From NCBI GenBank assembly GCA_964016885.1, contig OZ024756.1:30194001-30258000 (forward strand): a stretch of DNA of 64,000 nt, read 5' to 3'. The notes under the pieces are model-generated. The model searched no databases and had not been told where the DNA came from. It saw nothing but the letters and a program-made list of their open reading frames with translations. The DNA is from Eledone cirrhosa. Taxonomy: Eukaryota. Of the stretch, positions 15,045 through 30,455 are shown piece by piece. Each line of letters starts with the position of its first letter. Position 1 is the stretch's first letter. The translations under genes were made by a program, and so were the position numbers.

Positions 15045-15655
15045 AGCCGCTAATTCTCCGAATTGAGCGATCACAGCTCCGCTACCATAGGCATGTGGTT
15101 ATAATATCTCAGGAAAGAATCTCTTTGACATATTTGTAGCTCGGAGATCAGAGAGTCAGTGCAGATAGAGCCGCTACTTCTCCGAATTGAGATATCACAA
15201 CTCCGATACTATGGACATGTGGTTAGAATGTCTCAGGAAAGAATCTCTGGACAGAATTGTAGCTCAGAGATCAGAGAGTCACACCAGGTGGAGCGGCTAC
15301 TTCTCTGAATTGAGAGATTACAGCTCCGATACTATGGGCATGTGGTGCGAATGTCCAAGGAAAGAATCTCTGGACAGATTTGTAGCTCGGAGATCAGAGA
15401 GTCACACCAGGTAGAGCCGCTATTTCTCCGAATTGAGAGATCACAGCTCCGATACTATAGACATGTGGTTAGAATGTCTCAACCAATAAAACAAAGAAAC
15501 TCAGCGGGGTAACCCCGAGTAAGATAGCTGGTTACGCTTGGTGATCCAGCCAAATCATTTGGAGACGGTTGCTTCTGACAGCACCAGCTGGAAAGAGTGT
15601 TTGAGGACTCTGCTCCTACGACCCTTTCATAAATAAGTGGGTGAAGAAGAAGAAG
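15045..15655 (+). mobile_element. RTE-clade LINE 3' end with a 123-bp coding segment amplified 3.5 times
   Basis: Units start at 15045, 15169, 15292 and 15415 and translate approximately CSSEIRESHQVEPLFLRIERSQLRYYGHVVRMSQERI. Followed by a WKECLRTL segment and a (GAA)n tail homologous to 56555-56722. Confidence 0.8.
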
Positions 15656-16096
15656 GTGTTTTGGTGATTATAAAATATGTACTATTACTCACACTTGAAT
15701 ACACCACCAATATCATATGAGAGAAAATAGTTAGTGTGGGAGGTGGGAGAAGCTTCCATGTAGTACAAGAAAAATAATCTTCTTTCATATCAATGCCTGT
15801 GTCGCAACCTTTAACCTAAACGGTTGTTTAAACCAATTAATTATAATGTGAATGTGTGAAAAGATGGTTAAAACTTCAAAGATTTAAAATTAAAGGTTAC
15901 GGAATATCTTAAATATTTGACAAAATTGAAAGGACAAAGGTCCCAGATTATTGAAATAAATGTATTAACTGGCAAAGACGCAGTCCTCGTTGTAGGATTA
16001 AGGGATTCACTTTGATTTCTGGTTCAATCTGCCTGCGGGACACTTTGTTGAAGTGTTTACTGCTATATACTCGGGTTAACCAATGATTTGAGAGGG

Positions 16097-16169
<73 letters not shown>

Positions 16170-16183
16170 GTATATATATATAA

Positions 16184-16267
<84 letters not shown>

Positions 16268-16339
16268 ATGTATGTAGTTATGTATATATATATGTGTGTG
16301 TGCGTCTGTGTAAACGATTAAATGACAATATTGTAGTCA

Positions 16340-16515
16340 TGTGGATTGGCAGTATTTGTAGAGCGTCAGACAACATGCTTTGCAGCATAGAGTTATGGCC
16401 CTTTGCTTTCTGACTTCAAATCCCGCCGAGGTTAACTTTACCTTGCATCCTTATGTGGTCGATAAAATAAAGCACCAGTAATGCACTGGGGTTGTGCCAA
16501 AAGTAGAATCAATAT
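16340..16515 (+). mobile_element. Dominant SINE copy
   Basis: A-box-like TGGCAGTATTTGTAG, CTTCAAATCC, core and tail. Confidence 0.8.
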
Positions 16516-16643
16516 TGTAGTCATAACGTGTACAGATACAGATCTCTTAGATCGATCACCACAATCAACAACAACAGCAACATCAGATAATCTCCTGCAA
16601 ATAATCTGCGAAAAATGAAACTAAAATCCTCCCCAACACACAT

Positions 16644-16966
16644 TTTTATGTAACAAGTTTTGCTGATGGCTGGACACTCTTTTATCGTTGGTCAGCCTAC
16701 TAAGAGTTGACGACCCGGGACGTAACACAAACACCAATAACATGCCTTCAGTGTAAATTGGGGTGGTTTACGATCTGTGGAGTTCCTAAGTTACCCCTTG
16801 GTGATGCTCCCCCTATTTTTATTGTCATTCATTTATTGGTTATTGTTGTCTTTATTTGTTTACACTTTTATGTAACAAGTTTTGCTGATGGCTGGACACT
16901 CTTTTATCGTTGGTCAACCTTACTAAGAGTTGACGACCTGGGACGTAACACAAACACCAATAACAT
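16644..16966. repeat. About 100-bp direct duplication (16644-16743 and 16866-16966)
   Basis: TTTTATGTAACAAGTTTTGCTGATGGCTGGACACTC...CACAAACACCAATAACAT occurs twice. Confidence 0.9.
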
Positions 16967-17596
16967 AGAAATCTTCTTTGTCGTATTTGGAACGGATTTG
17001 AAACATAGAATGACAACAACAACACCATTACAAACAACATTACAATCAACAATAACGCAAGCAGCAACAACTGGTATACTTACAATGATAACAACAACAA
17101 TAACAACCACAACAACAGCATCAATGGTAACAACAAGCCAATAACAGTGACAGCAACAAAACAACAAAATAACCAAGAAAACAGCCATTATAACAACAAT
17201 AACAACAACAACATCATCAACAACAACAACATCATCAACAACAACAACAACAATAACAACAACATTGACAGCAATAACAATAACGGCAACAGTGAAATAT
17301 TATTGAAGCATTGACCGGAAACTAACTTGCTATATTTAAGGAAAGGTCTTGAGATAGCAAGCAGACAATACAACGGCTTCCGATTTGAATGCGTTTTCAC
17401 TACATCAGCGCCATGTTGATTTTGTGATTTGAAACTCGGCAACAGATGGCGAGAGCAGGAATAGCAAATAGAGATTAATATCAATATGTAAATAATAAAT
17501 GGATGTCGTTTATTAAAGTTACCATGTTTTCTTTACACACATTACATGCATACATATATACATACATATATATATATGCATACTTACATACAAACG

Positions 17597-17708
<112 letters not shown>

Positions 17709-17791
17709 CATACATGCATACATATATATACATATATACATACATACATATAAACATACATGTATACATATTAACATACATGTATGTATGC

Positions 17792-17833
<42 letters not shown>

Positions 17834-18312
17834 GCATACATACATGTATGTTTATATGTATACATATATGTATATATGTATGTATATATGTATGTATGCA
17901 TACATGTATGCATGTATGTATGTATGTATATATGTATGCATGTATGTATGTATATATGTATGCATGTATGTATGTATGTATGTATATATGTATGCATGTA
18001 TGTATATATGTATGCATGTATGTATGTATGTATGTATATATGTATGCATGTATATATGTATGCATGTATGTATGTATGTATGTATATATGTATGCATGTA
18101 TATATGTATGTATGTATGTATGTAAAACAAACAAAGGCTAAATGGAGTCACTGACATTAACTACTCTGTATATGTATAAGTGTGTGCGTGTGTGTGTGTG
18201 TATGTATGTGTGTGTGTTGATCAGGCATATGCATATACATACAGATGTACACATACATGCATACATATATACATACATATGTGAAAGTGTATATCTATAT
18301 GTACACACACAC

Positions 18313-18366
<54 letters not shown>

Positions 18367-18394
18367 GTATATGTATGTATGGATATGTATGTAT

Positions 18395-18437
<43 letters not shown>

Positions 18438-18455
18438 TATGTATGTATGGATATG

Positions 18456-18542
<87 letters not shown>

Positions 18543-18627
18543 ATATATGTCTGTACATATAGATATACACTCTCACATATGTATGTATATATGTATGCAT
18601 GTATGTGTACATATGTATGTATGTATG

Positions 18628-18661
<34 letters not shown>

Positions 18662-18849
18662 TGTACGTATGTATGTATGTATATATGTATGTATATATAT
18701 GTATGCATGTATATATATATATATATATATAAAATGAGTGTGTGTATGTGTGTATGTGTGTGTGTGTGTATATGTACGTCTGTATGTAAGTATGCATATA
18801 TATATATATATGTATGTATGTATATATATATATATATACATATATATAA

Positions 18850-18925
<76 letters not shown>

Positions 18926-19069
18926 GTTATCTATATCTGTGATTATATGTAATTGAGGAGTTTATAGTTTGATAAAACTATTTGATAAATATATTTGATA
19001 AATGTATTTGATAAATCTACTTGAACAACTAATAACAGAGTTAGTGATGTGTTTTATGTTGGCGGTGAC

Positions 19070-19830
19070 GTTAGCTGCGGTGGTGCTTTTAGTGATGGTG
19101 GCGGCGGCGGTGGTGTTGGTGTTGGTGTTGGTGTTGGTGGTGATGGGGTCAGATGGTTGTTACTGCTGGTGGCGTGAGTGGTGGTGATGGTTGGTGGTGG
19201 TGGTGGTGGTGGTGGTGGTGGTGGTGGTAGCTGGCTGGTTAGATTGCGGTGATGTATTGATGTAGTGCTACTGGTGATACTGGTGGTGAAAGTGATGGTG
19301 GTGTTGGTGGTGGTGGCGTTGTTGGGGGGGGGGGGTGTTGTTGGTGATGAAAGTGATAGTGGTGGTGGTGGTGGTGTTGGTGGTGGTGGCGTTGGTGGTG
19401 GTGTTGGTGGTGGTGGTGAAAGTGATAGTGGTGGTGGTGGTGAAAGCGATGGTGGTGGTGGTGTTGGTGGTGGTGAAACTGGTGGTGAAAGTTTCGGTGT
19501 TGTTGTTGTTGTTGGTGTCTGTGGTGGTGTTGGTGATGGTATTGGGGAGATTTGTAATGGTATTCATGGTGGTGATACTGGCGGTGAAAGTGATGGTGGT
19601 GTTGGTGGTGGTGGTCGTGTTGGTGGTGGTGGTGAAAGTGATAGTGGTGGTGGTGGTGGCGGTGGTGAAAGCGATGGTGGTGTTGGTGGTGGTGGCCGTG
19701 GTGGTGTCTGGTAGATTTGTAATGGTATTGATGGTGGTGCTACTGGACTCTGTAGCGGGGATAAATATGGTATTGGTGGATGATATGGGTTGATGTGGTG
19801 GTAGTGGTGGTGGTAGTGCTTGTTATAGTA
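19070..19830. repeat. Degenerate (GGT)n tract with recurring GGTGAAAGTGATAGT sub-units
   Basis: Direct reading. Confidence 0.9.
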
Positions 19831-20244
19831 CTGATTGTAGTAGTTAAGATGCATAGAACTTTCAATGATTTGCATTATTCGCTCCGGCTCTCTGCGCTGT
19901 ATGTTCAAATCCCGCCAAAGTCAACTTTGCTTTCCATATTTTCGAGGTCGATAAATAAAGTTCCAGACCAGTACTGAGGTCGATTCTTTCACAATCACTT
20001 TCTCTCTCTCCATCTCTCTCCCTCTCGTTCTGTCCCCCTGTCTTTATATCTCTCTGCACCCCTCTCTCTCTCCCTCTCTCCCTCTCTGGCTCTTTCTCTG
20101 GAAGAAATAAACTGGGCTCTGCCAAATTCAAATGCCCAAGACTCGCCGAATGTCACGTCAACGCACCTAGGATTTCCCCAGGAGTTAAGAGAAGAAGGAA
20201 AGGCATTTTATATATGTGAGACACTTATTAAATTTGTATTTAAT

Positions 20245-20460
20245 ATACAGAACTTCTCCGCCAGTTGCAGACTGTACATCAACATCTGATATCTCTCTCC
20301 ACAAAGTTCGATCACCAGCAGCAGAATTCAAAGGGCAAAGATCAAGTCCAGTCCATAAGTTGACATTGTCAAGCCATCGTTTTTACTTCCGACCTCTGCT
20401 TCTCTTACCAGCCAACCTTCCTTCCAGGCATAACCTACTCATACCCACGAGTTGATCTTT
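20245..20460 (-). mobile_element. RTE/BovB-like LINE C-terminal relic
   Basis: Minus frame LEGRLAGKRSRGRK*KRWLDNVNLWTGLDLCPLNSAAGDRTLWR matches the RTE C-terminal GKR.RGRP..RW.D...A.DR..WR signature. Confidence 0.75.
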
Positions 20461-20833
20461 TTATATTGTCGTATTGTTTGAGTACTCTTGACTTGACAAT
20501 TGATTTAATTGGTCTAAGTTTGGTAATGTTGAGCAGCTCACTGATACAGAACACAGGCGGTGACTTGGCAGACTCGTTAGAATGTCGGATAGAAAATTTT
20601 GTAGTTTTCGTTCCGAGTTCTGCGAGTTCAAACCATGCCGTGGTTATATATATGTGGAGCGGTGGAAGGATTTCAAATATGGTAAATTTAGTTGTAGTGA
20701 TTAGTTTAGCTCCTTGTACTCTAAAATGGTCAGAAATCTTCGATATGCCATGAGCATAAAATATACAAAAATTGTAACGTGTATCCAAATAGATGTGCTT
20801 TGGTGGTTTGGAGAGAAACTATCAAAACACACA

Positions 20834-22125
20834 CTACTACACGGAACTCTCTTCCAATACCCCTCTCTATATCAATTAACACCAAACTCTCCCCTTCTCT
20901 ATATCTACTACACGGAACTCTCTTTCAATACCCCTCACTATATCAATTAACACCAAACTCTCCCCTTCTCTATATCTACTACACGGAACTCTCTTTCAAT
21001 ACCCCTCACTATATCAATTAACACCAGACTTTCCCCTTCTCTATATCTACTACACGGAACTCTCTTTCAATACCCCTCTCTATATCAATTAACACCAAAC
21101 TCTCCCCTTCTCTATATCTACTACACGGAACTCTCTTTCAATACCCCTCTCTATATCAATTAACACCAAACTCTCCCCTTCTCTATATCTACTACACGGA
21201 ACTCTCTTTCAATACCTCTCACTATATCAATTAACACCAAACTCTCCCCTTCTCTATATCTACTACACGGAACTCTCTTTCAATACCTCTCACTATATCA
21301 ATTAACACCAAACTCTCCCCTTCTCTATATCTACTACACGGAACTCTCTTTCAATACCCCTCTCTATATCAATTAACACCAAACTCTCCCCTTCTCTATA
21401 TCTACTACACGGAACTCTCTTTCAATACCCCTCTCTATATCAATTAACACCAAACTCTCCCCTTCTCTATATCTACTACACGGAACTCTCTTTCAATACC
21501 CCTCTCTATATCAATTAACACCAAACTCTCCCCTTCTGTATATCTACTACACGGAACTCTCTTTCAATACCCCTCTCTATATCAATTAACACCAAACTCT
21601 CCCCTTCTCTATATCTACTACACGGAACTCTCTTTCAATACCCCTCACTATATCAATTAACACCAAACTCTCCCCTTCTCTATATCTACTACACGGAACT
21701 CTCTTTCAATACCCCTCACTATATCAATTAACACCAAACTCTCCCCTTCTCTATATCTACTACACGGAACTCTCTTTCAATACCCCTCTCTATATCAATT
21801 AACACCAAACTCTCCCCTTCTCTATATCTACTACACGGAACTCTCTTTCAATACCCCTCACTATATCAATTAACACCAAACTCTCCCCTTCTCTATATCT
21901 ACTACACGGAACTCTCTTTCAATACCCCTCACTATATCAATTAACACCAAACTCTCTCCCTCTCTATATCTACTACACGGAACTCTCTTTCAATACCCCT
22001 CACTATATCAATTAACACCAAACTCTCTCCCTCTCTATATCTACTACACGGAACACTCTTTCAATACCCCTCTCTATATCAATTAACACCAAACTCTCTC
22101 CCTCTCTATATCAGTTAACACGAAA
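20834..22125. repeat. 71-bp minisatellite, about 18 copies
   Basis: Unit CTACTACACGGAACTCTCTTTCAATACCCCTCTCTATATCAATTAACACCAAACTCTCCCCTTCTCTATAT; starts at 20834 and 20905 give the period. Confidence 0.95.
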
Positions 22126-22293
22126 CTGTCCCCCTCATCTGTATATTTATTACATCGAACTCTCTTCCAATCCCCCTCTTTATATAAATAAACATCAATC
22201 TTTCTCCCTCTTTATATCTAATATACAGCACACTCTCCCAACAGTCCTCACTATTTCAATTACCACAAAACACTATATCGCCCACACACCACA

Positions 22294-22493
<200 letters not shown>

Positions 22494-22784
22494 CAGAGAA
22501 GAGTAGAGAAGATGTCCGCCGTTCTAATATTGTGTATGTATATATATATATATATATACATATATATACACAGAACACTCTCCAGTGTTATTTTTCTCTC
22601 GGCTATATTGTTTATGTTCCTCATCAGTGACATTACAATCACTCTAGAGGGAGATTATGCATACTAATTGCATAGGTATACTCAGTTAAAACGAAGACTG
22701 ACTAACGTACTTATATTACACATTTCAGACGCCGGTGTAAATTCAGTGCTTTAGCGTAACATGATTTCAGTGTGGAATGGCATA

Positions 22785-22970
22785 TAATTGTTTCTACTTT
22801 TGGCACAAGGCCAGCAATTATCCCAGTGTATTACTGGTACTTTATTTTATCGACCCCGTAAGGATGAAAGGCAAAGTTAACCTCGGCGGGATTTGAATGC
22901 AATCCGTAAAGGGACGTAACTGTGCTGCAAAGCATGGCGTCCGACACTCTACCGATACTGCCAATTCATG
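22785..22970 (-). mobile_element. Dominant SINE copy
   Basis: Full reverse-complement match to the family consensus. Confidence 0.9.
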
Positions 22971-23263
22971 GCATATAATGGTACAGGGTGTGATGGTGAT
23001 GGTGGTGGTGGTAGTGTTGGTGGTGGTGGTGGTGGTAGGCTGTTGTTGCAGATTTTAGCATGGTTTAGAAGAGAATAGTATGGCATGATATATTGGTGTG
23101 GTATAAGTGTTGGTTGGGTGGTGTTGCACAGCATGGAATGGTTTAGCAAGCAAGGGATGGCATTGTGCCAGTGGGTGGAGATAAGCAGTCTTGTCTTATC
23201 AGTGGAATTTTTACGAGGTTCTCCTTCACAAGAAACGCTAAATGGAGTCACTGACATTAGGTA

Positions 23264-23336
<73 letters not shown>

Positions 23337-23488
23337 TGCCTGTGTGTGAGGTGCATGTGTGCGCGGTGTGTGTGTGTGTGGGTATCTGTGTTAATGTTTG
23401 TATATGTGTGCGGTTGTGATTGTGTAGATGCCTGTATATATGTTGGTCCTTGTAATTGTAAACATATATATATATATATATATATATC

Positions 23489-23560
<72 letters not shown>

Positions 23561-23647
23561 CGCACACATACACACAAACACACACACACATACACACACA
23601 CACGCACACACGCACACACACAAACACACACTAACACACACACACAC

Positions 23648-23685
<38 letters not shown>

Positions 23686-23700
23686 ACACACACACACACT

Positions 23701-23739
<39 letters not shown>

Positions 23740-23779
23740 TATAAAATAATATAATATACATAAATGATCTATTTATCTA

Positions 23780-23840
<61 letters not shown>

Positions 23841-24629
23841 ATATATATATGCTGAAACACATTACGCCATTGCCTATGTTATTCAGTCAGGTTTTGTATG
23901 GGATTATATTATCCAGTGCAGTAACTCCTCCCTTAATTTGTTTAGCAACCTTTTCCCACCTACGACTGTTATATAACTTCTAACGCATTGAAATTGCTTT
24001 CTGGGAAAACCTTCATCTCGCATCCTACTGACCTTGACCCCCATGTCATGGTTGCGCAAAGAGCTCCTGCGTTCATACAGCCTTGGAAAGAGCCAGGTAG
24101 TTATATCAGCTGCAATCAAGGCCTATTGTTTACGAACAGCCTCCTGTCAAAGCAATACTTTTAACAGACTCTTCGTTTTACGACTTTGTCAAATTAGCTT
24201 TTCAACTAATTCGGTTAATGAATAAATGGCTTCATGCATAATTCCCTTTACGTCAAATTTCTTCACAACCAAATTCGTTTTACGACTAATCCAAACTATG
24301 TTTAATTCCTTTTAATATCAAATTATTTCACTTGCAGGTCAGTGGAATAGAAGTTGGTCGTTAATCGAGTAGTGGTTGTATGTCCTCCCGCTAGACAGCA
24401 TGGTATCACATCTAGGGAAGGGGTTGCTATTATTTCTTTCATTAGGAGCGATAACCACGACAGTAGACTCAGGGTTAGTATGAAGCTAGAGAAATAATTG
24501 TTTCTACATTTAGCAAAAGGTTGTGAGAACAATATCACTATGACCACCACTACCATCATCATCACCATCAGCATCATCATCATCATGATTAGCATCAGCC
24601 TCAGCAGCGTCAATGTCATCATTATTATT

Positions 24630-25010
24630 ATTGGCAGTATCGGTAGAGGGTCGGACGCCATGCTTTGACGCATAGAGTTACGGCCCTTGCCATTCTGAGT
24701 TCAAATCCCGCCGAGGTTAACTTTGCCTTTCATCCTTACGGGATCGATAAAATAAAGTACCAGTAATGAACTGGGTAATTGCTGGCCTTGTGCCAAAAGT
24801 AGAAACAATTATTATTATTATTATCATATGAAGAAAAAAAAAAGAAGACGGAAAAGTATCATGATAATAATAATAATAATGATTGTTTTTACTTCTGGCA
24901 CAAGGCCAGCAATTATTTAGTGCATTACTGGTACTTTATTTTATCGATCCCATAAGGACGAACGGCAACGTCCGGCGGGATTGGAACTCAGGCCATAAAG
25001 GAGCGTAACA
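24630..25010. mobile_element. Two dominant SINE copies tail-to-tail (plus 24630-24810, minus 24880-25010)
   Basis: A/B boxes, core and (ATT)n tails visible. Confidence 0.85.
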
Positions 25011-25380
25011 CTCTTGTCAGTGGAGACTTCTGGTGTCCTCGGCCCTAGGGCTACCTCCCTACTCACCACCATAAGCGCTGAGCTGGCCAGCGCAGATGTA
25101 AGCCTCGCCAGTCGGACTGGCTCTTCCAGTGCGTCTCCCTTGCCGTCCTCCGGGGAAACGCCTTCTCCATTCTTTCCGCCGGGGCTGTGGGGAGGACATC
25201 AATATGATTGACAGACTTGTCATTTTATCAGTCAACACGGAGAAATTGTGTCCACTTTCTGTCAGCATTGTAGGATTAGATGATTGTAAACAAAGACAGG
25301 ATTTGCAGCTTAGGAATATTTTTTAACTCTTCACATCCTGTTCGGCACGAAACCACATTAGCACTATGGTATATCACTTG

Positions 25381-25409
<29 letters not shown>

Positions 25410-25413
<4 letters not shown>

Positions 25414-25770
25414 GTAGCATGGCGTCCAACCCGCTACCGATGATAATAATAACCATCTACCGATGATAATAATAATAATAATTGTTTCTACTTTTGACAC
25501 AAGACCAGCCATTATACCAGTGTATTACTGGTACTTTATTTTGTCGACCACTTAAGGATTAAAGGCAAAGTTAACCTCGGCGGGATTTGAAATAAGCTAG
25601 AGAGATAAGTGTTTCTACTTTTGGCACAAGGCCAGCAATTATCCAGTACATTACTGGTACTTTATTTTATCGACCCCGTAAGAATGAAAGGCAAAGTTAA
25701 CCTCGGCGGGATTTGAACTCAGAATGGCAAGGGCCGTAACTCAATACGTCAAAGCATGGCGTCCGAAATA
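25410..25770 (-). mobile_element. Fragmented and duplicated dominant SINE copies
   Basis: Core motif at 25530 and 25655; GAAATAAGCTAGAGA repeated at 25589 and 25766. Confidence 0.8.
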
Positions 25771-26056
25771 AGCTAGAGAAATAAGAGAAATCGAACAAAG
25801 TAGACTGGAATTTGAGGCAACACGATATCAAGATTTAAATTGTTGAATATGTTAATGTAACCAAATATTTCTCTAGGATTATGACTGTCGCGCCACCTAC
25901 ATACACGCCACCTACATACACGCCACCTACATAAATTAGGATCATAGCGACAGTGACGAAGATGGTATTGCTACTGTTGCTGGTGATGCTGCTGAGGCTG
26001 ATGATGATGATGGTGGAGATGATAATATTGATGATGATGTTGAAGATGGCGATAAC

Positions 26057-26111
<55 letters not shown>

Positions 26112-26156
26112 GTGATGATGCTGGTGTTGATGATGATGATGTTGACGATGATGATG

Positions 26157-26188
<32 letters not shown>

Positions 26189-26299
26189 GATGTTAAGAAT
26201 GAGCCTTTCAACAATGGAACAATTTATCCTACTGAATTCAAATTTAAAAAATAAATAAATAACACAAATCTCATATATATATATATATATATATATGTA

Positions 26300-26334
<35 letters not shown>

Positions 26335-26443
26335 ATCTTTGCATTCCCGCCCCCACAGAGATATACACTTTTCCTACAGCACACCCATCACAACACACGC
26401 ACACACACACATACACACACACATATATACATACATATATACG

Positions 26444-26501
<58 letters not shown>

Positions 26502-26547
26502 TACATATATACATATATACATATATATATATATATACATACATACA

Positions 26548-26599
<52 letters not shown>

Positions 26600-26935
26600 C
26601 ATACATACATACATACATACATACATACATACATCTATATATATATATATATACATATATATATGTCACATAGAGAAGTCCTACCCTACTATGTGCAAAA
26701 CTGATTAAATGAAAGACGTGATGGTATGTGGAGAGGAGATTAAATACCCGCAAAACAGTAATAAAAGTAAACTAAAAATAAACTAATAAAATATATAAAA
26801 TGTATAAAATGTATAAAATACATAAAATACAATTTATAATTTTATACAGATTATTTTTAACCAGACTTTAAAAAACAAAGTGGAAGTGTTTGTCACTTAC
26901 TCGTTGTGAAATGTCACCAGATTCATTTTTATCTT

Positions 26936-27100
<165 letters not shown>

Positions 27101-27119
27101 ATATATATATATGCATATA

Positions 27120-27218
<99 letters not shown>

Positions 27219-27328
27219 TAGCGTGTGTCTGTGTTTGTATGTATCTTATGTATGTATGCATGTTTTCATTATTATTTTATGTATTTACAGGTTTCTGCCA
27301 TTAACATGCTGGCATGTTGTATATATAA

Positions 27329-27400
<72 letters not shown>

Positions 27401-27411
27401 TATATATATAC

Positions 27412-27530
<119 letters not shown>

Positions 27531-27969
27531 TATATATATACATACATTACTGAGATGTATGGTGGCTGTTTGTTTGAATCCATATATTTATTATGAAACT
27601 ATTTTTCAATTAAATACCCTGCTTATAGTTTTCAAATAATATTTTTTTAATATTTAAAAAAAAGTATATTCAAGAATTTGGACTCATTTGCTAAAATAAT
27701 AGTTTCATTATTTACTCTGGTATTTAGAACATAAATTAACAAAAACGTCTTGTACAAAATTATGCTGTAAAGATTTAATTTAAATATGAATATTTCAAAA
27801 TCATGAGGTTTTAAATGTCAGTATCAGAGATTGATAGCCACGTATCATTGTCATCTCGCATCGTCTACTCAAAAGAGGTTCAATACACTGTTTCGATCCC
27901 CGTCTAGACCCTTATACACATGTTTTAATACATTCACTGTATTATAAGAATATCCAATTATATATATAT

Positions 27970-28020
<51 letters not shown>

Positions 28021-28339
28021 TTATAGGTATTATATGTATATTATGCAACTCTGATTCTTTGTTCCCTTATATATTAATACTATATGTATAAGTACATACA
28101 TACATGCATAGACATAAATGTATATATACATACATATGTACGTACTTACGTATGTATGAATGTATGCACACGCATCAAAGAGTGAGAGAAAGAGGAACTT
28201 TTGATAGGGTTAGTATCAAAAAGTTTAAATTATAGTTCCTATATAAAATTATGTTAGAGCATATCATAATTTAAACCTAATATAACCCTTGAAAATAAGA
28301 AGCTTTGTTTCATAGAACATGTACCAGTTTTAGACATGT

Positions 28340-28775
28340 TGGTATCAAAACGGTTCAACGCCTGGAAACAGATTTTGTCAACCATTTATCATGGATGCTC
28401 GAAATGCAACATAATTGATAATAGTTGTCTTTCTATGTTCGCCATTTGCCAATTCTCTCGCTGTCTCTTGGAGCTTTCGAAAAATGTCAAAGCAATTATC
28501 TCACAGTTTATTTTGCACGAGGATTGATGCAGGAGATAGTACCGTTCTTCTAAATTATCCATGGATTCTCGAAATATGGTAAAAAAAAGTGTATGGAACT
28601 GTTTAGAATGTTCAATCAATACTACACATATTTGAAGCTCTGTGTTGCCTGGGCAGTCGTCAGTTCCCATCACGAGTATTCCAGTTGTTCGAAGCATGGT
28701 ACAAACTGTTCGAGAAATTAACATGTAAATATCTGAGAGTCCCGGTAACGTCAATCTCAAGTAAATTCTCACGAG
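28340..28775 (-). pseudogene. Degenerate Mutator-like (MULE) transposase fragment
   Basis: Frameshifted minus-strand reading ID*TF*TVPYTFFYHISRIHG*FRRTVL...LVQNK...IFRKLQE...HFE/ASMING*QNLFPGVE resembles the MULE DGTFKTVP..FYQL..IHG ... DFE.A.INA...FP block. Confidence 0.6.
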
Positions 28776-29360
28776 ATATAGTGTGTGAAAAAGGTTTGAA
28801 CATTTGTACTGCTAGTATAACCCTATTTTTACCAGCTGAGTGAACTGGAGCAACGTGAAATAAAATACTTTTCTTCTTAAGGACACAGGAACTACAACTT
28901 TGATATAGGACACCGTATGTAGCTAAGCGGAAACCTGCAAAGATGGCATTTCATTACTACCACATCATCAAAATATGCAGCAGTTCTCGCCTTGAGTCAA
29001 TTACATCGAAGGATTGACTCCAGGCATAAAACTGTATAACGAGTTGTAAAGTGTTGGAAAATCCTAATATATACAATGAATGTAAACTACCGAAGTTGTT
29101 AAGTTTGTTTCATTTTACTGTGTCTGGAAAGTTATTTTGTAAGAAAAACCACTTAGAAATACAATACCTCGAACACAGACAAAGACTCACACAGACAGAC
29201 ACAGACAAAGGCTCACAGACACACACACACAGACACACAGACACACACACACACACATACATACATACATACACACATACGCACACTCATATAAATATAT
29301 GTGGAGGATGCACAGATTTTATGTCTAGAAACCATTGTTTACAATACAGACTCGCGTATA

Positions 29361-29395
<35 letters not shown>

Positions 29396-29409
29396 GTGTG
29401 TGTGTGTGC

Positions 29410-29473
<64 letters not shown>

Positions 29474-29957
29474 ATCTATCAGTCAATATAGACGATCATT
29501 CCATGTAAAGTATATGATAGTTTCCATGTACAGCCTTACCGAGTGGGTGTATATTTATGTATATTTAGTGTACACGTTTTCATTGTGTCTTATCAGTATA
29601 GCTTGCGTCAAAGACTTCATCGCAAGCACGATCGTTTAAAATCCGATAGGCCGAACCGTTGATAACTATAACAAAGATATCTGTCTCAATTACAGCAGAA
29701 GCAAGTTGAATATTTTACAAACAGCACGTCCTAAATACGCGTGGCCTAGTGGTCAGGGCGTTAGACACACGATCATAAGGTCCGAAGTTAAATTCGTGAG
29801 CTGGACGATGTGTTTTGTTTGTTACTAAAATGCCTTATTTTCTCATGGATCCCTTCTATCAAGAGTTGCTGCCGTCAGTAAGTATCAACAATCAACTGAA
29901 CAAAGGAGACATGGTTTTATTGCTCTGATTTCTCGATCACTCCTTTCTTTTTAAGTA

Positions 29958-30005
29958 CAGTGGAACCTTTGTTCACGAACATCTGGCAACACGAACAAAT
30001 CGGTG
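29958..30005 (+). mobile_element. Tigger/pogo-like TIR fragment
   Basis: TA-CAGTGGAACCTTTGTTCACGAAC; a similar end occurs at 44046 (TACAGTGGGATATCGGTTCACAAAC). Confidence 0.45.
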
Positions 30006-30183
30006 TGTTACGTTCACAATCGTAAGGTTATGAGCTCGATTCTTGGCGGTAGGCTGTTTAGGAAAAATAAGGGTTATATTTCAGGGTTAGCCTAGAGATA
30101 TATGCACCCATGCGTCGGCTCTACACACAGTTATCTATACTAACAGACATAAACACACATATATAAATATACAGTGGAACTGT

Positions 30184-30448
30184 GGAGGCACGTGGGCTAG
30201 TGATAAGGGTGTTGGACTTACGATCATAATTCCTGGGTTTCATGTTGTGTTCTTGTGTAAAACATTTCATTTCATGTTGCTCCAGTATACTCAGCTGAAA
30301 ATGAGTACCAGCAATAGCTGGGGGTTTAACCTTGCAGTGGACTGGCGTCCTGTCCAGGGGGGAGTCTTGTACTCTCAGTCGCTTCAAGCCATGAAACCGA
30401 GATAAGCACCGGCCAAATGAGCCTTCTGGCTTAAGACAGACTTTAGAG
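30184..30448 (+). mobile_element. Second tRNA-derived SINE family with V-domain-like core
   Basis: A-box-like GTGGGCTAGTGATAAG and GTGGACTGGCGTCCTGTCCAGGGG motif; a related head occurs at 29738. Confidence 0.6.
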
Positions 30449-30455
30449 TTTAGAG

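Noticed and set aside
20834-22125. CRISPR-like regular array
   Set aside because: No unique spacers, no cas genes, eukaryotic context; it is a pure tandem repeat. The same applies to 60381-60547.
22585-22640. Minus-strand CTGATGA as a hammerhead
   Set aside because: No convincing stem II, stem III or stem I partner.
25014-25200. GC-rich segment as an exon
   Set aside because: No recognisable protein or clear splice sites; probably a LINE fragment, but unassignable.
28389-28772. 127-aa ORF as a host gene
   Set aside because: Better explained as a frameshifted MULE transposase relic.
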